63,456 nt of DNA, taken from assembly GCA_964595945.1 (NCBI GenBank), contig CAZQSL010000005.1:1-63456 (forward strand). Direction: 5' to 3'. Positions 19,629 through 29,359 of the stretch are shown one piece after another. The stretch is from an uncultured bacterium. GTDB lineage: Bacteria > UBP15 > UBA6099 > JAJRTR01. The notes beneath the pieces were generated by a model. It made no database searches. It was given only the letters and a program-made list of their open reading frames with translations, and was not told the origin of the DNA. Numbering within the stretch: the first letter of the stretch is position 1; every line of letters starts with the position of its first letter. Made by a program: the position numbers and the translations under genes.

Positions 19629-20435
19629 TCAGTATGCGGCGACGAGCGGTTTGCTGTTTTTGATGACCTCGTGTGATGCTTCGAAGCTTGGGCGGGTGCC
19701 TCTGTAGAGGACGCCGACCGGTATTTCATCGTCCCACTTGAGCGCTTCTCGCAATGCTGCATCGCGATCGGTGGGATCGTAATTTTCGGGGAGAAGTTTC
19801 GCACGGTCACGGTACCACTGGTATGTATTTTTCTTGTTGAAGGAAACACAGGGCGTGAGGATGTCGAGCAGGGCAAATCCGGGGGCCTTTATGGCTTCGA
19901 TCATCATTTCGACAAGGTGGTCCTGCATGGCAACTGTCGCACGCGCGACGAATGAAACATCTTCGGCTATGGCAAACGCCGGCCCCTTGATCTGCTTGAG
20001 GATGACGCCGTGAGTCTGGATTTTCGTGACCATGCCGGGATCGGTCGTGGGCGCGGCCTGTCCTTTCGTGAGTCCGTATATCTGGTTGACATGCGCGAAG
20101 ACCTTGATGCCGATGTTGCGACGAAGTGCGTGGACGAAGTGGTTGCCGCCTTCGCCGTAGAGATCGCCGTCGCCACTTGTGACGATGACATCGAGGGACT
20201 TGTTGGCCATCTTGATGCCTGTCGCTGCAGGCAGTGCGCGTCCGTGCAGCCCGTTGAATACATTGGCATCGGTGTAGTGCGGGAGTTTCGCCGCCTGGCC
20301 TATACCCGAGACGAGGACGAGTTTGTGGCGGTCGACCCCTGCGCCGTCAAGGGCGCGGTAGAGACATTTCAGGATGCCGATATTTCCGCAGCCGGGACAC
20401 CATGCGTTTTTTTCGAGTTTGTGCGTGCCGTTCAT
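19629..20435 (-). CDS. 2-oxoacid:ferredoxin oxidoreductase beta subunit
   Basis: WCPGCG, GIGQAAK, LHGRALP, GDGD, YGLTKGQ, PCVSFN; ATGA overlap with the alpha gene. Confidence 0.95.
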   Translation of the reverse strand: MNGTHKLEKNAWCPGCGNIGILKCLYRALDGAGVDRHKLVLVSGIGQAAKLPHYTDANVFNGLHGRALPAATGIKMANKSLDVIVTSGDGDLYGEGGNHFVHALRRNIGIKVFAHVNQIYGLTKGQAAPTTDPGMVTKIQTHGVILKQIKGPAFAIAEDVSFVARATVAMQDHLVEMMIEAIKAPGFALLDILTPCVSFNKKNTYQWYRDRAKLLPENYDPTDRDAALREALKWDDEIPVGVLYRGTRPSFEASHEVIKNSKPLVAAY

Positions 20436-22090
20436 TTTGAGTACCTCCCGGCTATTTCTTCGGCAGTAAAGGGCATTCCGTTGTATTTTAGGATAGAGTC
20501 GAAGGAGGTCAGGACACCGGCCATGCGGAGGATGCTGGCGAATTGAGCGGTCGCGTTGCCTTCGACTACCGTGATTTTTTTGCCTGCGATCACTGGCGCC
20601 ACTGATTCGGCATCGATGGGCCAGACATCCTCGAAGTGGATCATGCAGACATCCCTGCCCGCTTCGCGGAGGATGTCGACAGCTTCGCGGCAAGGCCCAT
20701 AGGTCGAGCCCCAGCAGAGGAGCGCCTCGCCGGCGGGTGCCGGATATACCGAGGGCGGGCGCATTTCCTGCACGATCAGCGCGTTTTTGCGCAGTCGTTT
20801 ATCCTGCTGCTCGACACGCGTTTCGAGGTCTTCGGTGATGTGTCCGTCAGCAGTATGCTCGTCGGAGTCCGACACGACGAAAACGGGTCCGCCGGGGATC
20901 GTACGGGGCGAAATCCCGTCTGCGGTCACTGCGTACCTGACATAATCCGCCGCTGGTTTTTTTACAAGACATCTGTCGATGGGTTTGTATGTTTCCGGCA
21001 AAGGCGATGCTGTCATGAGCGTATCCATCATGAATTGATCGACAAGCACAATCGCCGGTGACTGGTATTTGTGAGATATTTCGAGTGCGCGCCTCATTGC
21101 TGCATAAGCCTTGTGGACGCCACGCGGAGCGATGACAAACCGCGGGAACTCGCCGTGGCCAGCGGTAATGGCGAACATCAGGTCTTCCTGTCCCGTGCGT
21201 GTAGGCAATCCGGTCGCCGGGCCAGGCCTCATGGCGATGATGATGACAGCCGGCAATTCAAGCATGCCCGCGAGCGAAAGCCCTTCGGCCATAAGGGCGA
21301 ATCCGCCGCCGCTCGTCGTAGTGACGGCAGGCGCTCCGGCATAGGTCGCGCCGCAGACCATGTTGATGGCGGCGATCTCGTCTTCTGCCTGCTCGACAGC
21401 TATGCCATACTTGTCGGCGATCGAGGCCAAGTAAGTGAAAATGCCCGTCGACGGGGACATTGGATAACTGCACGCTACCTTAACACCTGACACGGCAGCC
21501 GAAAGACCGACTGCCTCAGGCCCGGAAACGATCGTGCGCGCGCCGCCTGAAACGTATGGCGCGCGGACGGCGCCCTTGCGTTTTTTTACACTCTCGGCGC
21601 CCTTGTCGGCACAAGCCGAATTCGCGGTGATCACTTCGTAGCCTTTTTTTCTGAAGGTTATGGCGAGTTCGTCCTTGAGCGCCTGGAGCCCGTAGCCGAG
21701 CAGCGTGACGACCGCTCCGGCCGCGACACTATTGGCCATCTGCTTCACGCCGCCGGCTTCGAGCGCGGACGTTTCGAGACTGAGTCCGATCAGCCCGTCC
21801 GACTGCGGGCCGTCAAAGAGGATCACGCCGCCTTCATTCAATGACGGCTGATGCTCAGCCAACGCATCGGGCGTGAGCGCCACGAGCAGGTCAGCCTTGT
21901 CTGCCGGCGCGAAAACCTCATCGCTGGAAATGCGGATGTCAAACGAATTGACCCCGCCGCGTATGCGCGAAAGATAGCTCTGGGTGGAAAAAACGTGGAG
22001 ACCCATGCGGGCAAATGTGCCGGCAAGAAGAGTGCCGATTGTCTGCACCCCTTGCCCCGCTTCTCCAGTTATCCTGATATTTGTCATCAT
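20432..22090 (-). CDS. 2-oxoacid:acceptor oxidoreductase alpha subunit
   Basis: GEAGQGV, YPMSPST, QAEDEIAA, TSGGGFALM, RPGPATGLPT, DEHTADG. Confidence 0.95.
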   Translation of the reverse strand: MMTNIRITGEAGQGVQTIGTLLAGTFARMGLHVFSTQSYLSRIRGGVNSFDIRISSDEVFAPADKADLLVALTPDALAEHQPSLNEGGVILFDGPQSDGLIGLSLETSALEAGGVKQMANSVAAGAVVTLLGYGLQALKDELAITFRKKGYEVITANSACADKGAESVKKRKGAVRAPYVSGGARTIVSGPEAVGLSAAVSGVKVACSYPMSPSTGIFTYLASIADKYGIAVEQAEDEIAAINMVCGATYAGAPAVTTTSGGGFALMAEGLSLAGMLELPAVIIIAMRPGPATGLPTRTGQEDLMFAITAGHGEFPRFVIAPRGVHKAYAAMRRALEISHKYQSPAIVLVDQFMMDTLMTASPLPETYKPIDRCLVKKPAADYVRYAVTADGISPRTIPGGPVFVVSDSDEHTADGHITEDLETRVEQQDKRLRKNALIVQEMRPPSVYPAPAGEALLCWGSTYGPCREAVDILREAGRDVCMIHFEDVWPIDAESVAPVIAGKKITVVEGNATAQFASILRMAGVLTSFDSILKYNGMPFTAEEIAGRYSK

Positions 22091-22343
22091 AATTGCAATC
22101 TCCTGATAGTATTCCAGCCCTGAGCTGTTTTTTGGGATTGGTACTTATCTATAACGCACGAATCACCCTTGGGGTTTCATCAGACGCGCTGTCTCATTAT
22201 CTTGGCTGTATATGTCCGCCACGGATAATTTGTCATAAAAGTAGAACTGATGTGCTGGCGGCGAGTCGTGTATATTCACGGAAAGCCAGAGAAGGACTGG
22301 AGACAGGGCAGAGAGACGAAAATATGATGATACCGAGGCATCA

Positions 22344-22378
22344 AAAAACTGGCGGGGACGGTAAGTGTGCGCCGTCCC
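22344..22378 (-). terminator. Probable intrinsic terminator after the rubrerythrin gene
   Basis: GGGGACGG/CCGTCCCC stem followed on the minus strand by a T-run. Confidence 0.5.
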
Positions 22379-22393
22379 CTGTCCGGCGAAAAA

Positions 22394-22885
22394 TCATTCG
22401 TAAATAGTGAAATACTCTTTGCTGGCGCCGCACACGGGGCAGCGTTCGGGCGGCTCGTCACCGGTATGGATATAGCCACATACGGTACATTTCCACTTGA
22501 GCTGCCTGCCTTCGAGTTTTTGCATCGCCACATAGAAGGCCTCGGCGTGAGAGCCTTCGATAGCGGCAAGAGCATCGAAATACCGGGCGGACTCTTCGTC
22601 GCCTTCTTCACGGGCTTCCTTTGCGAATGCAGGATACATCTCGGCGTTTTCATCGGTCTCGCCTGCGATGGAGGCTTCGAGATTTTCGAGCGTGGTGCCT
22701 ACGAGTCCGAGGCGGCGGATGTGGGCGAGCGCGTGGGCTGTCTCTTCTTCGGCGCGCTTGCGAAACAGCGCGGCGATTTCCGGGTAGCCCTCTTCTTCGG
22801 CCTTGATTGCGAATGCCGTATACTTCCTGTTGGCGAGTGACTCGCCAAGCAGTGCTTTTTTGAGATTTTCTTCAGTTTTTCCCAT
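22394..22885 (-). CDS. rbr: Rubrerythrin
   Basis: [27 protein letters not shown] di-iron ligands; WKCTVCGY...CPVCGA rubredoxin domain; AAGGAG SD. Confidence 0.95.
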   Translation of the reverse strand: MGKTEENLKKALLGESLANRKYTAFAIKAEEEGYPEIAALFRKRAEEETAHALAHIRRLGLVGTTLENLEASIAGETDENAEMYPAFAKEAREEGDEESARYFDALAAIEGSHAEAFYVAMQKLEGRQLKWKCTVCGYIHTGDEPPERCPVCGASKEYFTIYE

Positions 22886-22923
22886 TTCCAACTCCTTTCG
22901 GTGCGAAACGTGCCCGGCGCAGT

Positions 22924-23442
22924 CTATGCGGTAGCGGCCGGCGGTGTGAATACCCGGGTGCCGAGTTCGCGATCGAGCATGAACAGTCCGCCTCCCCGCG
23001 CGTCGTCTCCGAGGAGCGCGAGCTGCTGCAAGACTCCGTCGGCGCTGGCCTCTTCTTCGACCTGTTCGTTGACAAACCACTGCAGGAACGAAGAAGTGGC
23101 GTGGTCGTGTATTTCGGCCGCTATGTCTACGAGCCCGTCGATCAGTGCCGTGACGTGCTGCTCATGTTTGTATGTGTATTCGAACACGTCAAGCGGCGAT
23201 CTCCACTCGACGGGCGGCGCGGCTATAGTGTCGAGCACCACGGTGCCGCCGCGCTCGATGACATAGTTGAAGAATTTCATCGCGTGAAACATCTCTTCCT
23301 GCGTCTGCACTGTCATCCATGTGGCGAACCCGTTGAGATTTTTGCTCCTGAACCATGCCGACATGGACAGGTAGATGTAGTAGGAATAGAGTTCGGCATT
23401 GATCTGCCGGTTGATGGCTTCCTGCATTTTAGGATTGAGCAT
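22924..23442 (-). CDS. ftnA: Non-heme ferritin
   Basis: [43 protein letters not shown]. Confidence 0.95.
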   Translation of the reverse strand: MLNPKMQEAINRQINAELYSYYIYLSMSAWFRSKNLNGFATWMTVQTQEEMFHAMKFFNYVIERGGTVVLDTIAAPPVEWRSPLDVFEYTYKHEQHVTALIDGLVDIAAEIHDHATSSFLQWFVNEQVEEEASADGVLQQLALLGDDARGGGLFMLDRELGTRVFTPPAATA

Positions 23443-23461
23443 GACGATCACCTCCAGTGGA

Positions 23462-23980
23462 TCAGACAAGTGCCCTGAGGGCATTGAGAACATCTTCGTA
23501 GTCGGGTTCGGTCGTGACTTCGGGGACAATCTGCACATATTGTACCACATTTTCCCCGTCGACAATAAGCACCGCGCGGGCAAGCAGCCTGAGCTCCTTG
23601 ATCAACAGTCCATAAGCAGTACCGAATGAAGCGTCTCTGTAGTCGGAAAGGGTTTTGACGGCAGAGACTCCCGCGGCGCCGCACCATCGGGCCTGGGCAA
23701 ATGGCAGGTCCATGCTGATGGTCAGCACAATGACGTTTTCGCCGAGCGCGGCGGCTTCCTGATTGAACCGCCGGGTCTGCATGTCACACACCGCCGTATC
23801 GAGTGACGGGACGACGGAAATGATTTTTACTTTACCCTCAAAGTCGCCGAGAGACACCGGTGACAGATCATTAGCGGTCACCGTAAAATTGGGAGCCTCC
23901 GCGCCTGATTTGATTTCCGGGCCCACGAGTGTAAAAGGATTTCCCTGCAAAGTGATAGCGCCTGTTCTTTCTTCGTTCAT
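23462..23980 (-). CDS. tpx: Thiol peroxidase
   Basis: VVPSLDTAVCDMQTRRFN, SMDLPFAQARWC, LARAV. Confidence 0.95.
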   Translation of the reverse strand: MNEERTGAITLQGNPFTLVGPEIKSGAEAPNFTVTANDLSPVSLGDFEGKVKIISVVPSLDTAVCDMQTRRFNQEAAALGENVIVLTISMDLPFAQARWCGAAGVSAVKTLSDYRDASFGTAYGLLIKELRLLARAVLIVDGENVVQYVQIVPEVTTEPDYEDVLNALRALV

Positions 23981-24246
23981 ATCATTACTCCCTCCCGGGC
24001 CGGCTGTGCCCGTGGTTGCTTTGTGTCATTGGTGGCGTGGGCGATTTTTCCGTACCCATTATTTACTTTTCAAAACAACCCCGAGTGTAAAAAGTTCCTG
24101 TCTTTCGCAATAACACGGCGAAATCCCGCCCTTTCGCCGCACCGGCCTGTTGATAATAATCGCATGATAGGTCATATTACTTATAAATATATAAACGGGA
24201 CAGACACGAGGCTGGCAGCTTTTGGCCGGCCGGGGTGGAAATCACG

Positions 24247-26088
24247 ATGAAAGTTTTTCTGATCGGCTACTTTGGCAGCGGCAATCTCGGCGATGAACTC
24301 ATCTATGAAAGCTTCACCGCATGGCTTCGCGCCACTTTCGATAAAGTCGAGATCCGCGCACTGCGCAGCAGCGACAAAACGCAACCTCCGGCGCCTGATA
24401 TCACGGCTGTCGACAAAAATGATTTCAGGGCGATCCGCGCGGCGATAAACTGGGCAGATATCATAGTCGCTCCGGGCGGCGGTCTCGTGCAGGACTCGAC
24501 AAGTGTAAAAAGCGCACTCTTTTACCTCTCTATCGCATATCTCGCATACCGCGCTGGCAAGCCGTTTCACATGCTGTCGCAGGGGCTTGGCCCGTTTTGC
24601 CACCAGCCTGTCTCATGGCTCGCGGGCCGTATCCTCGGCAGGGCATGCCACTGCCTGCACCTGCGCGACGAGGCTGCCCTGCGTACGGCGCATGAACTCG
24701 GCCTCGATGATTCACGATTCGCACTAACTGCCGACCTCGCATTCATGAGAACCAGCGATGCCCCAAAATCGAAAAAAGCCTCCGGGACAACATTCAAAAT
24801 CGCAGTTTCGTTGCGTCCTGCCACTGGCGTAAGCCCCCTTTCCGAGGCTCTGTTCGACTGCCTCACGGCATTTGCCACCGTCAATGAAATCGAGGCGCAT
24901 GTCCTCGTGCTCGATCCCGACGAAGACTCGGCGATATGCCGCGAATTCGCCAGCCGGCTCGCCTCGTCGGGCATCAAAACATTCCTGTACCCGTCGGAGC
25001 CTACCACGCTGATTTCCCCAACCGGCACGCTCGAACTGCTCTCCGGGATGAATATCACACTCGGCATGCGCCTGCACTCACTGATACTTTCGACCATCGC
25101 CGGCACACCCTTTGTCGCATTCAGCTACGACCCCAAAGTCGGGGCGTTCGCCACCGGGTGCGACATGCCCGGCTTTACTGACCTGCCAGCCATTACTTCC
25201 GAAAAAATCCGCGAAGCCATGCGAAACGCACTGACCGAAGAGCGCATGGACAACCAGCGAAAATACACGGACTATGCCACAGAGGCCGTCCGGACTTCAC
25301 TCGAAAAATTCGCCGCATCCGCGCGCGCCGCCGCTGACAGTCCCAACGGAAAAACCCGCGTGCTCGGCGTGCCCGTATCGACTCGCGCTTTCGATGAAAC
25401 CGCCGATTTGATAGTCGCCCACGCACGCGGCAAAAAACCACTTCAGGTAGTGACAGTCAACCCGGAAATGATCATGCGGGCGCGCAGGGAACCCGAATTC
25501 CGCGCACTACTCACCGGCGGCACACTCAACACTGCTGACGGAGTCGGCATTCGCATCGCCGCCCTCGCCAAATACCGGCGCAAGATCGAAGCCGTCACGG
25601 GCGTCGAACTCGCCGAGCGGATACTCCAGATATCGAGAGCGGAAAAACTCCGGGTATTTATCATCGGCAGCAAGCCCGAAGTCATGGATAAAGCCGCAGC
25701 CATCGCCCACGCCCATCCGGCGCGCCCGATCATCGCTGGCGCGCATCACGGTTACATAAAAAACACGCCGCCCGAAAAACTCATCGCCGGGATCGCCGCC
25801 ACGCGCCCCGACATTGTCCTTGCCGGCATGGGCGTGCCGATGCAGGAGTACTGGCTCCGCGACTTTGGCGCTGCCACGGGCGCTTCAGTGCTCATCGGAG
25901 TCGGCGGCACATTCGACGCTATGGCAGGCGTCACCACCCGCGCTCCAATGTTCATGCGAAAAACCGGCATGGAATGGCTCTGGCGTCTCGCTCACGAGCC
26001 TTCGCGTATCGGCCGCATGGCCGTGTTCCCTTACTACCTGATACTCGCCATGTGCGATGCACTACTCGACCGCGGAAAAACAAAATGA
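24247..26088 (+). CDS. Fusion of CsaB-type polysaccharide pyruvyl transferase and WecB/TagA/CpsF glycosyltransferase
   Basis: N-half GYFGSGNLGDE, GGGLVQDSTS, GMRLHSLI, YDPKV; C-half from about 25357 VVTVNPE, ADGVGI, RVTG-like AVTGVEL, GMGVPMQE, GVGGTFD, EWLWRL; single open frame. Confidence 0.9.
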   Translation: MKVFLIGYFGSGNLGDELIYESFTAWLRATFDKVEIRALRSSDKTQPPAPDITAVDKNDFRAIRAAINWADIIVAPGGGLVQDSTSVKSALFYLSIAYLAYRAGKPFHMLSQGLGPFCHQPVSWLAGRILGRACHCLHLRDEAALRTAHELGLDDSRFALTADLAFMRTSDAPKSKKASGTTFKIAVSLRPATGVSPLSEALFDCLTAFATVNEIEAHVLVLDPDEDSAICREFASRLASSGIKTFLYPSEPTTLISPTGTLELLSGMNITLGMRLHSLILSTIAGTPFVAFSYDPKVGAFATGCDMPGFTDLPAITSEKIREAMRNALTEERMDNQRKYTDYATEAVRTSLEKFAASARAAADSPNGKTRVLGVPVSTRAFDETADLIVAHARGKKPLQVVTVNPEMIMRARREPEFRALLTGGTLNTADGVGIRIAALAKYRRKIEAVTGVELAERILQISRAEKLRVFIIGSKPEVMDKAAAIAHAHPARPIIAGAHHGYIKNTPPEKLIAGIAATRPDIVLAGMGVPMQEYWLRDFGAATGASVLIGVGGTFDAMAGVTTRAPMFMRKTGMEWLWRLAHEPSRIGRMAVFPYYLILAMCDALLDRGKTK

Positions 26089-26175
26089 CGAAAAGCACAA
26101 CAGCGCCATTTTGTGGCATCTGCACCTGTAAATGTGATAAAATGCTATAATGCCAACCCTGCATACGGAGGCAAA

Positions 26176-27792
26176 ATGCTCTACATAATCAAAAAACGCT
26201 GGTTCCAGGCCATCGCCCTGGTTGCACTGCTCGCCGCATTTGTCTTCGCGTCGCAGATCATCGACAACCCGCGCAAGCAGAAAACCGAAAGCGTGGTCGC
26301 GGAAATTGACGGCGTCAAGATCACAAAACTGCAATTCGAATCCGCCATGAATCGCCGTATGACACGCCTCATGGCCCTTCAGGGACAAATTTCCTCATCG
26401 GAACGCGAGGGCGTGATGCTCGCCGTAATGAAGGAACTCATCAACAACCAGTTGCTCGATTCTTTCGCAAAAAAAGAAAATGTTGCCGTCACCCCGGCTG
26501 ATCTCGCAAGAAAAAAAACCGAAATAATGGATCAGATCGAAAAACAGTATGGCGCGGAAAGCGGATCGAGAAACCCCAATGTCCCCAATCCGGAAGCTCT
26601 TTTCACCCAGATGTGGAACTTCCTCGGGTTTCGCTCCGAAGAAGAATTCATGCGTGACATCCGGTATGAGCTGCTTGAAATGAAACTTGCCGACAAGCTC
26701 TATCCCCTCAAAAGTTTCACCCTCACTGACAAGGAACTCGACGACTACATCCCGAAGCTCGCACTCAGTCAGATTTTCTACAATACCGAAACCTCGATAT
26801 ACAATCAGAAACACGCGGAACAGGGCGGCACTGGCATCCCCGGCATAGCCGAAAAGAAAGTGGAACGCATCTGGGGCGTCTACGACAAGCTTCGCGCCGG
26901 CGCCGATTTCGCCGAAATGGCAAAGCGGTATTCCGAAGACGCAAGCTCCGCCAATGGCGGCTTTATCGGCCCTGTTGCAAAAAATGCCGTCGAAAAACCA
27001 TTTTGGGACGCTGTCGCCGATCTCCAGCCCGGACAGTACACCGAACCCTTCGAGACTTCGCAGGGTCTCCATATCGTCAAGTGCCTCTCGCGGCTCGATC
27101 CCCAGACCAACGAATACCGCGCTCTGGTCCAGGCATCGCGACAGACCATTTTATACAAAAAACAGAAATCTTCCTTCGTCCAGTGGTTCTGGCGAAAATT
27201 CACCAAGATGGAACAGGAAAACAAAATCGTCCTCTATCACCCCGTACTGCTCGCCAACAAACTGCGCAACCAGGGCAAATATGACGAAGCTGTCAAACAA
27301 TACCGGCTGGCTATTTCCCGCGACCGCGACGGCGCTGCTTATTACCATCTCGACATAGCCATGATACTCGCGAGACAGGCAAAGTACGACGAAGCCATCA
27401 AGGAAATGCGCGCCGCTACCGAAACATCACCGACCGACCCGCAGCTATTCCTCGCGCTCGGCCTCGGCTACATGGAAATCGGCCAGCACGAAAACGCCCT
27501 GAAAGAATTCGAAACCGCTTCCAACATCGCCAAGCTCAACTACCAGCTCCACTACAATCTCATGGGCATCTACTCTCAGCTCGGCATGTTCGAAGAAGCC
27601 GACGCCGAAAAACAGAAATATCTCCACGCTCTCGAACTCCTCAAGGCCGGCGGCGCCGACGCGATGGCTCCCGGTTCGATGTTCAAACGCCCCAAGGCCA
27701 ATCTGCCTCCGGGCGCTGGAGCGAAGGAACCCCAGAGCATCCACGAATCCCCCGGCATCGACATTCAGGAAGTGCCGGTGCCAATGCCATAG
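26176..27792 (+). CDS. Membrane-anchored SurA/PrsA-like peptidyl-prolyl isomerase with C-terminal TPRs
   Basis: N-terminal TM helix; VAEIDGVKIT SurA_N-like; DFAEMAKRYSED...GGFIG...EPFETSQGLHIVK rotamase; about 4 TPR-like repeats. Confidence 0.85.
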   Translation: MLYIIKKRWFQAIALVALLAAFVFASQIIDNPRKQKTESVVAEIDGVKITKLQFESAMNRRMTRLMALQGQISSSEREGVMLAVMKELINNQLLDSFAKKENVAVTPADLARKKTEIMDQIEKQYGAESGSRNPNVPNPEALFTQMWNFLGFRSEEEFMRDIRYELLEMKLADKLYPLKSFTLTDKELDDYIPKLALSQIFYNTETSIYNQKHAEQGGTGIPGIAEKKVERIWGVYDKLRAGADFAEMAKRYSEDASSANGGFIGPVAKNAVEKPFWDAVADLQPGQYTEPFETSQGLHIVKCLSRLDPQTNEYRALVQASRQTILYKKQKSSFVQWFWRKFTKMEQENKIVLYHPVLLANKLRNQGKYDEAVKQYRLAISRDRDGAAYYHLDIAMILARQAKYDEAIKEMRAATETSPTDPQLFLALGLGYMEIGQHENALKEFETASNIAKLNYQLHYNLMGIYSQLGMFEEADAEKQKYLHALELLKAGGADAMAPGSMFKRPKANLPPGAGAKEPQSIHESPGIDIQEVPVPMP

Positions 27793-27815
27793 CTCAGGAG
27801 CAGCCCCACAGCGAA

Positions 27816-28568
27816 ATGAAGATCATCGTCTTCGCCGACATACACGCAAATCTCGAAGCGCTTGAGACTTTCCTCAAAAAAGCCGACCGTTCCGGCTCCG
27901 AACGCCTCTACTGCCTCGGCGACATCATCGGCTACGGACCAGACCCCAACGCTTGCGTGGAGATCATACGTTCCCGCGGTATCCAGTGCGTCACCGGCAA
28001 TCACGAAGATGTCACTCTCGGACGATGCGACCTCGATAGATTCAACCCCGACGCGCGCCGCGCCATCGCGTGGACAATCGACTCGCTTTCAGAGCAAAAT
28101 GTCATCTTTCTCAAATCCATCAGCGACTATCTCTGGATCGACTCGGCTATGGGCAAAGTCCTGCTCGTGCACGGCAGTCCCGTCAGCAAGGACGAATACA
28201 TCATTTCGGCACGTCAGGCCGAAGCCTCATTTCTCTCGATGACACAGCGCGACATCTCCCTGTGCTTCGTCGCTCACACCCACCAGCCTTGCGCATGGAT
28301 ACAGAAACCGGACGGCGAAGCATCCTTCATCCCGGTCGCCGGCTCGCGCGAAATCCAGCTCAAACGCACAGTCAAGGCCATCATCAATGTCGGCAGCATC
28401 GGACAACCCCGCGACGGCAACCCCCAGGGCTGCTATGTCGTATGGGACGATGTGAAACACACGGTGAAATTTTCCAGATTCACCTACCCATTCAAAAAAA
28501 CACAGAAAAAGATCATCGCCGCGAGCCTACCTTCCATCATCGCCAACCGGCTCGCGTACGGATTCTGA
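27816..28568 (+). CDS. Calcineurin-like metallophosphoesterase
   Basis: DIHAN, LGDIIGYG, GNHE, VHGSP, AHTH, NVGSIGQPRDG. Confidence 0.92.
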   Translation: MKIIVFADIHANLEALETFLKKADRSGSERLYCLGDIIGYGPDPNACVEIIRSRGIQCVTGNHEDVTLGRCDLDRFNPDARRAIAWTIDSLSEQNVIFLKSISDYLWIDSAMGKVLLVHGSPVSKDEYIISARQAEASFLSMTQRDISLCFVAHTHQPCAWIQKPDGEASFIPVAGSREIQLKRTVKAIINVGSIGQPRDGNPQGCYVVWDDVKHTVKFSRFTYPFKKTQKKIIAASLPSIIANRLAYGF

Positions 28569-28594
28569 CCCCACACCACCACGGAGGATACAAG

Positions 28595-29359
28595 ATGAAG
28601 CACCTCACTAAAAAAGTCACGAGCGCCATTACAGCCGCCGCCGCAATGCTCATCATCGCAGGCTGCTCACAGGCTCCACCTCCGATTTCACCATACGCAC
28701 GCGACATACCCAACGGCCGCGCCATGTCGCCCGAACGTATCGCCGACAACCTATTCGCCGCCATCAAATACAAGGACGAAGAAGGCGTATGCCGCTTCTT
28801 TTCATCCCAGGTGCCCGACAAAGTCTGCGAAGAAGTCCAGGCCATTATCGAAAAAAAAACCATAGGATGGTATCACGCAACCCCCGTGGAAAAACGCACC
28901 GACTCCGCCACCGTCAAGGTCAGCTATGAATATTCCGCGCAAAAAGCCGGCGGCGGCAAAGGCGATTTCGTCATGGCAAAATCCTCCATGACTTTCTCCC
29001 TCATACCCGAAGACGGCGTGTGGAAAATCCGTACCACCGGCATTAGGGAAATAGACGAAGCAGCCAACCAGTACCTGTTTACAAAATGCCTCAACACAGT
29101 CCTCGACGCATCCATCGGACAGGAAAAATACCGCTACCACAACGAAAAATACTCCGAAACCGTAGGCCAGCTCGTCGACCAGTACCCACCGCTCAAGGAC
29201 TCAGAGAAAATGTGCAAATCACTCCGCGTCGAAAAAGCCGAAATCGAGCAGTATGAAATCATCGGCATCGCCAACACTGTACCCCCCTGCTTCATCACCG
29301 CCGATCAGGACGGCTTCACCCCGCAAAAATACTCCGCCTGCAACGCCAGCGTGAAATGA
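28595..29359 (+). CDS. Hypothetical lipoprotein (NTF2-like domain plus pilin-head-like C-terminal domain)
   Basis: GGAGG SD; lipobox LIIAG-C24; LIPEDGVWKI NTF2-like end; QEKY...NEKY...YEIIG...CFITADQDG...C. Confidence 0.65.
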   Translation: MKHLTKKVTSAITAAAAMLIIAGCSQAPPPISPYARDIPNGRAMSPERIADNLFAAIKYKDEEGVCRFFSSQVPDKVCEEVQAIIEKKTIGWYHATPVEKRTDSATVKVSYEYSAQKAGGGKGDFVMAKSSMTFSLIPEDGVWKIRTTGIREIDEAANQYLFTKCLNTVLDASIGQEKYRYHNEKYSETVGQLVDQYPPLKDSEKMCKSLRVEKAEIEQYEIIGIANTVPPCFITADQDGFTPQKYSACNASVK

